Shown: in pieces, positions 29,266-37,935 of the stretch | Position numbering within the stretch: the first letter of the stretch is position 1 | Layout of the letters: the number at the start of each line of letters is the position of its first letter | NCBI GenBank assembly: GCA_016197005.1 | Contig: JACPWO010000004.1 | Span: 6,305 to 70,304, forward strand | DNA length: 64,000 bases | Source of the DNA: Candidatus Anderseniibacteriota bacterium | GTDB taxonomy: Bacteria > Patescibacteriota > Andersenbacteria > UBA10190 | Direction of reading: 5' to 3' | The notes under the pieces: model-generated | The model's database searches: none | What the model was told of the DNA's origin: nothing | Seen by the model: only the letters and a program-made list of their open reading frames with translations | Position numbers and translations under genes: made by a program

Positions 29266-29637
29266 TTACTTTTTCTTACTCTGTAGTTTCTTCTGGAGAA
29301 GTTTCAATCCTTCCGGACCTTTTCGAGCGGCTTGCTCTACTTGATTGCGCATTTCAGCTGGTAGCTTGTTCATAAATCCTTGCATGAGGTCGTGAGCAGA
29401 CACCTGTGTTCGACCCGATTTTTGAGCGGCAGCTTCCGCCGCCTTCTTAAGATCGCGACGTACTTTTCCTTTAAGGAGTTTCGGAATAGGGGCTTGAGCA
29501 AGCGTTTGCTCTAAAGCTTCAGTTGCCTCGCTACTCCAGGTGATTGAATCAGAGACAGACGAACCCTCGACAGGAGCGGGAATAGGAGCATTTATTGGTT
29601 TTTCTTCCTTTTTCTTTTTTCTAAAAAATGACAGCAT
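29266..29637 (-). CDS. PCP_red-domain (protochlorophyllide-reductase C-terminal-like) small protein, hypothetical
   Basis: The segment ITWSSEATEALEQTLAQAPIPKLLKGKVRRDLKKAAE...VSAHDL resembles PCP_red family repeats. The N- and C-termini are lysine rich. Confidence 0.35.
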   Translation of the reverse strand: MLSFFRKKKKEEKPINAPIPAPVEGSSVSDSITWSSEATEALEQTLAQAPIPKLLKGKVRRDLKKAAEAAAQKSGRTQVSAHDLMQGFMNKLPAEMRNQVEQAARKGPEGLKLLQKKLQSKKK

Positions 29638-29654
29638 GTGGCTATCATACAGAG

Positions 29655-30380
29655 ATGATAAAACAGGGCAAGTATGTTCTTGAGGTAGAAGGCGAGCACA
29701 TTCCGTATCTGCTCCGTCGTTCTCGCCGTGCCCGAAATTTACTGCTCCACGTAGAGCTGGATGGTAGTGTTGAGCTGGTAGTTCCCTGGCACGCTCCCTT
29801 CCGTGAAGGGCTTCGCTTCATTCAAGAAAGAGGGCAGTGGCTTTTGGGACAACGTCGACGACAAGCCGTTCGGCAAGCGCAAGTAAAATCGATTGATCTG
29901 GTGTCAGATACTGCCTTGTCTGTTTTTGGTGAAGTAGTACAACTTCAAGTTGCAGTTGAACCAAAACGACGGAAGTCTTACCGAAAAGAGCACGAAGGAA
30001 TTTTGCAGGTGACCGTAGGAAATGCGGAACGTATCCGTCCTCAAGTTGAAAAATGGTATCGGATTCGAGCGCTTGCCTTCTTTAAACACGAAGTAACAAA
30101 GTTGATCGTGACTTCTGGATATAGCCCGGTACGTATTCGAACGAATGCAGCGACGACGCAGTGGGGTAGCTGTAATAAAAAAACAAATACGCTCACATTT
30201 AATTGGCGTCTAGCCTTAGCTCCCAAAGAGGTGGCATTATATGTTGTGGCGCACGAAGTGGCGCATCTTGTACACACCAATCACTCCCGAAAATTTTGGA
30301 AACTCGTGGCTAGCCTTCAACCAGACTTTGAATATCATCGACAGTGGCTACGGAGATACGGACACACTCTTTCTCTGTAA
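29655..30380 (+). CDS. YgjP/DUF45-type zinc metallopeptidase (M48/SprT-like fold)
   Basis: The segment YLLRRSRRARNLLLHVELDGSVELVVP matches the family's N-terminal region. The HExxH motif is present (VVAHEVAHLVHTNHS). The start is ambiguous between 29628 and 29655. Confidence 0.65.
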   Translation: MIKQGKYVLEVEGEHIPYLLRRSRRARNLLLHVELDGSVELVVPWHAPFREGLRFIQERGQWLLGQRRRQAVRQAQVKSIDLVSDTALSVFGEVVQLQVAVEPKRRKSYRKEHEGILQVTVGNAERIRPQVEKWYRIRALAFFKHEVTKLIVTSGYSPVRIRTNAATTQWGSCNKKTNTLTFNWRLALAPKEVALYVVAHEVAHLVHTNHSRKFWKLVASLQPDFEYHRQWLRRYGHTLSL

Positions 30381-30382
30381 CA

Positions 30383-30415
30383 AAAATCCCCGCCTTTGCT
30401 GCGAGGATTTTTGAT
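30383..30415 (+). terminator. Rho-independent terminator (AAAATCC...GGATTTT stem followed by a T-tract)
   Basis: A 7-bp outer stem and a 3-bp inner stem are followed by TTTTTGATTAC. An A-run on the other side may make it bidirectional. Confidence 0.55.
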
Positions 30416-30442
30416 TACTTCATAAAGTGATTTTGAAACTGA

Positions 30443-30568
30443 TTATACAGCCTCTTCTTTATCGCCTCCCATGTCACCTCCCATATCGCCGCCTTCGGTT
30501 GGAGTCGGGGTAGGAGCGGCAGTGTCGCCACCGTCCATTCCACCTTCTTCTTCACCATCGAACATCAT
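30443..30568 (-). CDS. Unannotated 41-aa acidic Gly/Asp/Met-rich peptide (MMFDGEEEGGMDGGDTAAPTPTPTEGGDMGGDMGGDKEEAV) with a strong SD
   Basis: This is my manual translation. GGGAGGTGATACGT precedes the ATG. The ORF is flanked by a terminator. Confidence 0.3.
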   Translation of the reverse strand: MMFDGEEEGGMDGGDTAAPTPTPTEGGDMGGDMGGDKEEAV

Positions 30569-30670
30569 ACGTATCACCTCCCTTTCTAGAATTAGTGTGT
30601 AAAACTGCTCTTATTATAGCCCCAGTATAGCCGATTGAAACGATATCCCAAGAGGATCTTGCTATTCCTT

Positions 30671-30699
30671 TTGACAAAGAGTGAAAAATTTGGTATGAG
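30671..30699 (+). promoter_or_regulatory. Sigma-70-like promoter TTGACA-17-TATGAG upstream of the efp region
   Basis: The -35 element matches consensus and the spacer is 17 nt. The ATG of the 30706 ORF lies 7 nt after the -10 element, which suggests a possibly leaderless transcript. Confidence 0.35.
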
Positions 30700-30952
30700 G
30701 GGTCTATGATTCCGTGGCAACAGTTTAAAGTTTTTACTGCTTGGTTTTCTTTGCTGTTTATTTTTGTCGGGCTCGCTATGGGTGCATATGTTTTAGAGCG
30801 CACTCATATTTTATACTTTGCATCCCTACCGCGATCACAACGAGTGGTGTCAGTGCCGGGCGCAATTTCAACGCAAATAATTGCTAATCCAGTTTTGCGT
30901 ATTCAAGTACCAGCCTCTTCCATATTTGCCCCAGCTGAGTAAGATACGGGGT

Positions 30953-31510
30953 ATGTTATCAATGACCGAAATACGCAAAGGTAAGATTATTAACCTTGAA
31001 GGACAGCCCTATCAGGTAACGTCAGCTAATTACCTGCGAATGCAACAACGTCGTCCAGTAATGAAGACAATCTTAAAGCATGTTCAAACCGGCGCGACGA
31101 GAGAGCATACGTTTCAGCAGTCAGACAAAGTAGAGGAAGCGGATATTGGTCGAACACCGTACCAGTATCTGTATCAGGATGATGGCACGTATACATTTAT
31201 GGATGATGCTACCTATGATCAAATTGAGCTTTCTGCGGAAATGCTAGGAGATAGCGCTCGATACCTTATTGAAGGCCAAACTATTGATATCGTGATGTTT
31301 GCTGGTGAGCCAATTGGGGTTGAGTTACCGATTAAAATTGAACGCAAAGTTATTGAAGCCCCAGAAGGCGTTCGGGGAGACACTTCTTCCAACGTCACGA
31401 AAGATATCTTAGTTGAAGGTAACCTGCGCGTAAAAGCTCCTCTCTTTATCAAAGAAGGAGAAGTTATTCGTATTGATACTCGCACCGGCGATTACGTCGA
31501 GCGCGCCTAA
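30953..31510 (+). CDS. efp: Translation elongation factor P
   Basis: The N-terminus reads MLSMTEIRKGKIINLEGQPYQVTSANYLRMQQRRPVMKTILKHVQTG, a typical EF-P N-terminus with the KOW-like fold. Confidence 0.9.
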   Translation: MLSMTEIRKGKIINLEGQPYQVTSANYLRMQQRRPVMKTILKHVQTGATREHTFQQSDKVEEADIGRTPYQYLYQDDGTYTFMDDATYDQIELSAEMLGDSARYLIEGQTIDIVMFAGEPIGVELPIKIERKVIEAPEGVRGDTSSNVTKDILVEGNLRVKAPLFIKEGEVIRIDTRTGDYVERA

Positions 31511-31515
31511 ATATC

Positions 31516-33285
31516 ATGGCCGAGAAAATTCCACAGTGGGATTTATCGGATTTATATAAGGGAATAAACGATCCTGCTATTGCTCGTGACCAAGCGCGTC
31601 TAAAAAAAGAGGCGCAGGCTTTTCATAAGAAATACGCTCGCGGTATATCTGAAAATACTTCTCCAAAAGAAATTACGTCGGCCATTAAAGAGTATGAAAA
31701 GATATTACGAGATATAGATAAAATTCAGATATTCAGTCGGTTGCTATTCGCCACCAAGACGAACGACAAAATCGTCGCTGCTCGAATGCAGGGGATTGAT
31801 GAATGGGCAGCCACTGTGCGATCACTCCTCCTCTTTTTTAGTTTATGTATCGGTTCTCTGCCGGCATCCAAACTCAAGGATTTAATGAAAGCACCAAGCC
31901 TGGCGTCATACCGTCACTGGTTGCAGCGCCTAGTGGATATGAATCAGTATCGGTTATCGGAAAAGGAAGAAGCCTTACTTCTGGAAACTTCTCTTACCGG
32001 TCGAGATGCCTTTACTCGTTTGTATGAACAGGAGGATGCAAAGCGTACGTATCCCTTCAAAAGCAGTGGCCATACCCACGTTCTGAACGAGTCAGAAATT
32101 TTAAGTAAATTCTATGATCCGAAGCGAAGCGTGCGCCAACAAGCATCAGAAAGTCTGAATCATGCCTTAGTGCAAGATGTTGATCGAACGGCCTTTATGT
32201 ACAACATGATCGGTCAGGACGTTATTCTAGATACTCGCCGTCGCGGTTTTGCTCGTCCGGAGGATGCACGACATGTAGGAAATGAAGTTTCTACTAAAGC
32301 GGTCGACGTGCTCATTTCCCAAGTTACGGCCAATTACAAAATAGTTCACGACTACTACAAATTTAAAAAACGTCTCCTGAAGCTACCAGCATTGTATGAA
32401 TACGATCGTTACGCGCCGGTAGCGGCAACGTCTAAGAAATATACGTTTGCACAAGCAAAGAACATCGTGCTTACAGCCTTCGGAGAGTTTTCACCAACAT
32501 TTCGTGAAGTAGCGGAACTTTTCTTTGATAACAACTGGGTTGATGCGCGGCCTGGGGCGGGTAAGCAAGGGGGCGCCTTCTGTGTCTACGTAACGCCGGA
32601 TCTGCACCCATACGTACTTATGAATTTTAACGGAACAATAAATGACGTCATGACACTAGCTCATGAGCTTGGGCATGCCATTCACGCATATATCGCTCGT
32701 AAAAATTCCTATCTCCAATTCGATTGTTCCCTGACAATAGCAGAAATTGCCAGTATTTTTGCCGAGATGATTGTATTTAATGCTGTTAAAGAAACGCTTT
32801 CGCCAAAAGAACGATTTGCACTCTACGCAGTAAAAGTAGAAGGCATTATTGCCTCAGTATTTCGCCAAGCTGCCTTTTTTGAATTTGAGCGCGTCTTTTT
32901 TGAAAAACGATCTCAGGGAGAACTTACACCTCAGGATTTAGGCGAGATTTGGCAAGGTACGTTTAAGAAAATGTATGGTCCTTCTATTCGACAATCCCCC
33001 GGAAGTGAATTGCAGTGGGGCATGATTCCACATTTCTTTCAGTGGCCATTTTATGTGTACTCGTATGCGTTTGGTGATTTACTCACTCGCTCCCTTTTCG
33101 CTCAATACAAAAAAGATCCCACGACCTTTGTGCCGGCGTATCTTAAGATGCTGGCCTTCGGCGGATCAAAGTCCCCACAGGATTTGCTATCTGAATTCGG
33201 AGTGAATATAGAAAAGGCAGCGTTTTGGCGAGGTGGAATCAAAGAGATTGAAACACTGGTTACCGAAGCGAAAAAATTAGCATAG
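31516..33285 (+). CDS. pepF: Oligoendopeptidase F (M3B family)
   Basis: The zinc motif is HELGHAIHAYIA. The protein is 589 aa. Confidence 0.85.
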   Translation: MAEKIPQWDLSDLYKGINDPAIARDQARLKKEAQAFHKKYARGISENTSPKEITSAIKEYEKILRDIDKIQIFSRLLFATKTNDKIVAARMQGIDEWAATVRSLLLFFSLCIGSLPASKLKDLMKAPSLASYRHWLQRLVDMNQYRLSEKEEALLLETSLTGRDAFTRLYEQEDAKRTYPFKSSGHTHVLNESEILSKFYDPKRSVRQQASESLNHALVQDVDRTAFMYNMIGQDVILDTRRRGFARPEDARHVGNEVSTKAVDVLISQVTANYKIVHDYYKFKKRLLKLPALYEYDRYAPVAATSKKYTFAQAKNIVLTAFGEFSPTFREVAELFFDNNWVDARPGAGKQGGAFCVYVTPDLHPYVLMNFNGTINDVMTLAHELGHAIHAYIARKNSYLQFDCSLTIAEIASIFAEMIVFNAVKETLSPKERFALYAVKVEGIIASVFRQAAFFEFERVFFEKRSQGELTPQDLGEIWQGTFKKMYGPSIRQSPGSELQWGMIPHFFQWPFYVYSYAFGDLLTRSLFAQYKKDPTTFVPAYLKMLAFGGSKSPQDLLSEFGVNIEKAAFWRGGIKEIETLVTEAKKLA

Positions 33286-33494
33286 CTACGAGCCGATAAG
33301 TCCCTTCGTGGATATTGATGTCAATGGCTTCGACAGCTTTTACTGCCTTCTATTTCAGTTGAATATTGAGCTCCTAGAGCCTCTCATGCCCAATTCCGTT
33401 TGATAAACGCAGTGTTTTTTATTAAGCAACCGGTCGCAACAATAGAGCCTAGAGACATCTGTTACGAGGTTTAACAACAAGTGCATAAACTGAT

Positions 33495-33551
33495 TTGCCA
33501 CCCTGTGCCCAGGGTATATGATATTAGCACTCACGGGATACGAGTGCTAAC
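33495..33551 (+). promoter_or_regulatory. Candidate promoter (TTGCCA-16-TATGAT) followed by a perfect 9-bp inverted repeat TTAGCACTC-N10-GAGTGCTAA, upstream of the sigma factor gene
   Basis: The palindrome at 33524..33551 starts 1 nt downstream of the -10 hexamer, which is an operator-like position. Confidence 0.35.
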
Positions 33552-33640
33552 GCACCGACCCACCGCCTCGACTAGAGGCACACGAACAATTACATACGGA
33601 GGAAAAATAAAAACGCAATATCCACCTACGTTCTTTTTTT

Positions 33641-34537
33641 GTGACCCTTAACTACTCCACTATGACACTTTCAGTTAACAAAAAAGCAGAAGCGGCGAAA
33701 CGTGCACCCCGCTCTGTCTCTGGACTCACTCGATATCTTCAAGATATCGGGAAAGTACCTCTCCTTACCGGACCAGAAGAGCAGGCACTAGCTCGTCGTA
33801 TTCGAAAAGGAGATCAAAAGGCGCGTCAGCATATGATGCTGGCCAACCTGCGCCTCGTGGTAAATATTGCCAAGCAATATGTGCCGGGCGGCGATCCAGA
33901 CTTACTTATGGACTTAGTGCAGGACGGCAATATTGGGCTGATGCGCGCTATTGACCGATTCGATCCCAAATTTAAAACAAGATTCTCTACGTACGGTGTG
34001 TACTGGATTCGGCAAGCTATCCTTCGTGCCTTAAAGAGTCGACGTCTGGTGAGACTACCTGAGAATGTTCAAGATAGAATTCTCGAGATGCAGCGGACTC
34101 GCCAACGACTCTATCAAATGTTAGGACGCTCACCAGCCCCGGAAGAATTAGCACGTGAGATGAGTGCCTCTGTAAAAGAAGTGCGTCGCTTAGAAGAAGT
34201 AAATGCTGACGTTGTCTCATTGGAGAAAGCAGTTCGCGGTCGAGACGATGAGGAAGATACGCGTCTGGGGGATTTACTCGAAGATCAGGATGCTCTTTCT
34301 CCAACGGACACTGCCCAAGTTGAATTTGTTCGACGCAAAGTGCAAGAAGCAGTGGCTACATTGCCGGCGCGCGAGCGAGCAATTATTGAGCAGCGCTTTG
34401 GTTTGACGACTGGTGTTCCAAAAACTCTAGAAGAAATTGGCCAGGAATTTCAGATTAGTCGTGAGCGTGTCCGACAACTACAAAACGTAGCATTGTCTCG
34501 CTTAAAGCAGCGCAAGAACGTTCAGAACGTTAGGTAA
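33641..34537 (+). CDS. RNA polymerase sigma factor, sigma-70 family (short RpoD-like)
   Basis: Region 1.2/2 reads TRYLQDIGKVPLLTGPEEQALARRI...LRLVVNIAKQY...GLMRAIDRFDP...FSTYGVYWIRQAI. Region 4 reads LEEIGQEFQISRERVRQLQNVAL. Confidence 0.85.
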   Translation: MTLNYSTMTLSVNKKAEAAKRAPRSVSGLTRYLQDIGKVPLLTGPEEQALARRIRKGDQKARQHMMLANLRLVVNIAKQYVPGGDPDLLMDLVQDGNIGLMRAIDRFDPKFKTRFSTYGVYWIRQAILRALKSRRLVRLPENVQDRILEMQRTRQRLYQMLGRSPAPEELAREMSASVKEVRRLEEVNADVVSLEKAVRGRDDEEDTRLGDLLEDQDALSPTDTAQVEFVRRKVQEAVATLPARERAIIEQRFGLTTGVPKTLEEIGQEFQISRERVRQLQNVALSRLKQRKNVQNVR

Positions 34538-34548
34538 CAAGGCAGAAA

Positions 34549-34581
34549 ACTACTCCGCTAGTACGGAGTAGTTTTCTTGTG
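34549..34581 (+). terminator. Intrinsic terminator-like hairpin (12-bp perfect stem AAAACTACTCCG/CGGAGTAGTTTT) after the sigma gene
   Basis: The stem is perfect with a 6-nt loop. The stem end is U-rich and followed by CTTGTG. Confidence 0.45.
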
Positions 34582-34617
34582 AGTGGTTTCTCTGAAGTGG
34601 GCTGCTATGATAAAGAC

Positions 34618-35796
34618 ATGTCGCTTCCTTCGCAATTTTTAATTGGCGCTGCTACCAGCTCTCATCAGGTAGAAGGCAATAATATTTACAATGACTGGTG
34701 GGAGTGGGAGCAAAGTCGGCCAGATATTGGTAACTCGGGGCGAGCAACTGATCATTGGAACAAATACAAAGAAGACTTTGCGTTAGCCAAACAGCTAGGC
34801 CATACCGCCCATCGTTTTTCTATTGAGTGGAGCAGAATAGAGCCGAAACCAGGAGCATTTAATCGCAAAGCAATTGAACATTACCGGGAAGTGCTGGAAG
34901 AATTGCGTCGGCTCAACATAAAGTCCTTTGTTACTCTTCATCATTTTACTAACCCTGTCTGGCTGGCGAAAAAAGGCGGTTGGGAAAATGGATATGCGGT
35001 CGACCGGTTTGAAAAATATGTGCGGTATGTTGCGCAGCACTTAGGACACCTGGTAGATTTTTGGGTCACCATTAATGAACCAATGGTGTATGCCTCGCAA
35101 TCATACTGGCGAGCCGATTGGCCACCGCAAAAGCGAACGCTTAGAGGTATGTTGCGAGTGATCCGAAACATGGCTTATGGACACATGATCGCCTATCGGG
35201 TACTCCATAGTATTACACCAGATACACCGGTTGGGTTAGCCAAGCACCTCATTGCGTACTTGCCAGAACACCGCCGACAGCTCGATGACCAAATTATGGC
35301 TGGTTTAGAAGATTGGTGGTTTAACCATCGGTTTTTTTCGTTAACCGGTAACACCCACGATTTTATTGGCGTTAACTATTACTTCACAACTAAGCTGCGA
35401 GTGAAATTGTTTCCACCTCGATTTATGAAGGTTCCGTGGGAAGGAGCGGTATCAGATATAAACTGGCCCATTCGTCCGGAAGGACTAACGCACGTTCTCT
35501 TACACATGAAGAAATATAATCTGCCAATCTACATTACAGAAAATGGTTTAGCAGATGCATCTGATAGTAAGCGTTCTGAATTTATTCGTAGTCACATAAA
35601 GGCTGTGAAGAAAGCGATGCAGCAAGGAGTGAATGTGCGTGGGTATTTACACTGGTCACTTCTGGATAACTTTGAATGGGCGGATGGATTTAAACCACGG
35701 TTCGGTCTTATTGCTGTTGATTACAAAACGCTGGAGCGAAAAATTCGCCCCAGTGCCTATGTGCTTAAGGCATTTGCCGACTCTGCTAATATATAA
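34618..35796 (+). CDS. Glycoside hydrolase family 1 (beta-glucosidase-like)
   Basis: Matching segments are SSHQVEGNN, TLHHFTNPVWL, the acid/base motif TINEP and the nucleophile motif YITENG. The start was set at MSLPSQF. Confidence 0.8.
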   Translation: MSLPSQFLIGAATSSHQVEGNNIYNDWWEWEQSRPDIGNSGRATDHWNKYKEDFALAKQLGHTAHRFSIEWSRIEPKPGAFNRKAIEHYREVLEELRRLNIKSFVTLHHFTNPVWLAKKGGWENGYAVDRFEKYVRYVAQHLGHLVDFWVTINEPMVYASQSYWRADWPPQKRTLRGMLRVIRNMAYGHMIAYRVLHSITPDTPVGLAKHLIAYLPEHRRQLDDQIMAGLEDWWFNHRFFSLTGNTHDFIGVNYYFTTKLRVKLFPPRFMKVPWEGAVSDINWPIRPEGLTHVLLHMKKYNLPIYITENGLADASDSKRSEFIRSHIKAVKKAMQQGVNVRGYLHWSLLDNFEWADGFKPRFGLIAVDYKTLERKIRPSAYVLKAFADSANI

Positions 35797-35798
35797 AG

Positions 35799-36722
35799 AT
35801 GATTTGGGTCCTTCTGGCTCTCATTGCCCATGCGGGCAATGGTTTGGTCTTTATTGTCGACAAGGGACTACTAGGAACTGATTCTGGCGCCGGAAATCCG
35901 AAAAAATTAGCTTTTTATTCCGGACTACTTTCGGCTGCCGCTATTGTTTTGGCTGCCCTCGATTTTGCTGTGCCCAACCTGTTTGCGGTGACGTGGTCGT
36001 TAGTAGGAGGAGTGTTGTTTGTAGGAGCTCTGTGGCTCTTCTTTGCCGCTCTCGATAGCGATGAAGCCTCGCGTGTAGTACCCGTGACCGGGTCAGCTGT
36101 TCCTATTTTTACGTTGCTATTTGCTTGGCTCTTTTTGCAGGAGCCGCTTACCTCGCAGCAAATTGGAGCGGTATTGTTACTTATTGCTGGTGGTGGCGCT
36201 CTGTCGATTGGTTTTAAGAATACAAAACGCATGTCGGCAAAAACATGGGTTCTGGCAATTGCTGCTGGGGCCGCCTTTGCCGCTTACTTTGCGGCAGTAA
36301 AATTTCTGTACGACAACTTCAACCCGTTTTGGTCCGCCTTTGCCTACAGCCGTTTTGCTGTTGGCGTTGCCGCCCTTTTGTTCTTAGGTCCGCTTATGTG
36401 GGTAGGGAGAGGTAAAAAGGAAAAATCAAGACGAATTTCTAAAAAGAAAAAACGAACTTCCCGATATATTCTCACTTCTTTTTTTGGAAGCAAGGTTTTA
36501 AGTACGGCAATGTTTATGTTGCAAAGCTATGCGATTGATTTAGGTAGCGTCACGGTTGTGAATGCTCTCCAGGGAACACAATACGTATTTGTTTTAGTCG
36601 TAGCTGCGCTTTTGTCTAAGAGACTACCAAAACTTTTCCATGAAGAAGTGCATCGAGTCGCTCTGATTCAAAAGGGAATTGGTATTTTGCTTATTAGTGG
36701 TGGGTTGGTGCTGCTGTTATGA
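35799..36722 (+). CDS. Polytopic membrane permease, probably DMT/EamA-like
   Basis: There are about 10 TM helices in two halves. A lysine-rich loop (KKEKSRRISKKKKRTSR) separates them. Confidence 0.4.
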   Translation: MIWVLLALIAHAGNGLVFIVDKGLLGTDSGAGNPKKLAFYSGLLSAAAIVLAALDFAVPNLFAVTWSLVGGVLFVGALWLFFAALDSDEASRVVPVTGSAVPIFTLLFAWLFLQEPLTSQQIGAVLLLIAGGGALSIGFKNTKRMSAKTWVLAIAAGAAFAAYFAAVKFLYDNFNPFWSAFAYSRFAVGVAALLFLGPLMWVGRGKKEKSRRISKKKKRTSRYILTSFFGSKVLSTAMFMLQSYAIDLGSVTVVNALQGTQYVFVLVVAALLSKRLPKLFHEEVHRVALIQKGIGILLISGGLVLLL

Positions 36723-37744
36723 AAGGATTTATTCGAGCAGTCGTAGGGTTAACTATTATTCTTCTTACCTTAGCAGCCGGCGGTGTATTTCTTTTAGCGG
36801 CACCACTGCCTGGTGCACCAAGTCAAATACAAGGCGTTTCTTTTTCTGCGCCGCACGCCAGCGGCATTGGTCTTAATTGGCAGCAGACATACATTGCTGT
36901 GCTTGATGACTTAGGCGTACGACGTCTGCGCCTATCTGCGTACTGGGATGTAACGGAGCCGCAGAAGGATATGTTTTCTTTTGCAGATTTAGATTTTCAA
37001 ATGGATGAAGCGGCCAGTCGGGGGGCCCACGTCATTTTGGGAGTGGGTCGCAAACTTCCGCGCTGGCCAGAATGTCATGACCCGCAGTGGGCAGCAGAGC
37101 TCACCGAGCAAGCAAAGCAGCAAGAAGTTTTAGAGTTAGTTGAGGCAACAGTAGAGCGTTACAAAGGTCATCCGGCGCTGGCGATGTGGCAGCTAGAAAA
37201 CGAGCCACTGCTAAAGTTTGGGATTTGTCCGCCTCAAGATCGACAGTTTTTGATGCAGGAAGAGGTGCTCGTGCGATCACTTGACCCTGATCACCCTATT
37301 CTTATGACCGATTCAGGAGAGCTCAATTGGTGGCTTGATGCATCTTCCTTCGGCGATGTACTAGGAACGACGATGTACCGCACTGTATTTTCCGAAAAGA
37401 CACTCAAGCAGTTCAGCTATGATTACATCTTTCCTTCCTGGTTATACCGACTCAAGAGTCGATACGTCAGGTTACTGCGAGGGAATGAAGTATTAATTTC
37501 TGAACTGCAGGGTGAGCCGTGGGGCAGTCAGCCCTTTCCACAGATGTCAGCGCAGGAGCGCGAGCAATCTTTTTCACCGGAGCGTTTCTTAGACAACTGG
37601 GATTTTGCGCAGCGCACACAACTACCTTCGGCATATTGGTGGGGAGTGGAATACTGGTACTGGGAGAAAGAAATAAATGGCGACGGACGATATTGGGAAA
37701 TTGCGAAGGAGGTATTTGCGCGCAATAATAAAAAAAATAATTAA
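36719..37744 (+). CDS. Membrane-anchored TIM-barrel glycoside hydrolase-like protein (GH5/cellulase-superfamily-like)
   Basis: An N-terminal TM helix is present. WQLENEP gives an NEP acid/base-like motif. The beta/alpha alternation is consistent with a TIM barrel. Confidence 0.35.
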   Translation: MKGFIRAVVGLTIILLTLAAGGVFLLAAPLPGAPSQIQGVSFSAPHASGIGLNWQQTYIAVLDDLGVRRLRLSAYWDVTEPQKDMFSFADLDFQMDEAASRGAHVILGVGRKLPRWPECHDPQWAAELTEQAKQQEVLELVEATVERYKGHPALAMWQLENEPLLKFGICPPQDRQFLMQEEVLVRSLDPDHPILMTDSGELNWWLDASSFGDVLGTTMYRTVFSEKTLKQFSYDYIFPSWLYRLKSRYVRLLRGNEVLISELQGEPWGSQPFPQMSAQEREQSFSPERFLDNWDFAQRTQLPSAYWWGVEYWYWEKEINGDGRYWEIAKEVFARNNKKNN

Positions 37745-37768
37745 CTCAACAAAGCCATAAAGGTACTA

Positions 37769-37797
37769 TTGACATTTTAGTAATTTATGACTATAAT
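37769..37797 (+). promoter_or_regulatory. Perfect-consensus sigma-70 promoter TTGACA-17-TATAAT driving the DGR target gene
   Basis: Both hexamers match consensus exactly and the spacer is 17 nt. The promoter lies 138 nt upstream of the start codon. Confidence 0.55.
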
Positions 37798-37829
37798 TAG
37801 CAGTTCTTTATAATAGAATATCACTGTGT

Positions 37830-37882
37830 ATGAGACGAGTATTTTGCAGTTTTTTTGTAAGACTCCAGAATACTCGTCTCAT
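37830..37882 (+). promoter_or_regulatory. Perfect 14-bp inverted repeat ATGAGACGAGTATT-N25-AATACTCGTCTCAT in the 5' UTR of the DGR target gene
   Basis: The repeat was seen directly in the sequence. It lies between the promoter and an AAGGAG SD. It is not followed by a U-tract, so it is not a terminator. Confidence 0.4.
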
Positions 37883-37935
37883 CAGAGATTGGTCGTTTCC
37901 CGACGGTTCGGGTAAGTTCTTCTACAAGGAGAAGG

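Noticed and set aside
30706-30942. 78-aa ORF between the promoter and efp
   Set aside because: It has a hydrophobic N-terminus but proline/serine-rich low-complexity C-terminal residues and no SD. It is probably a leader region. It is retained only as a possible leaderless small ORF in the promoter feature note.
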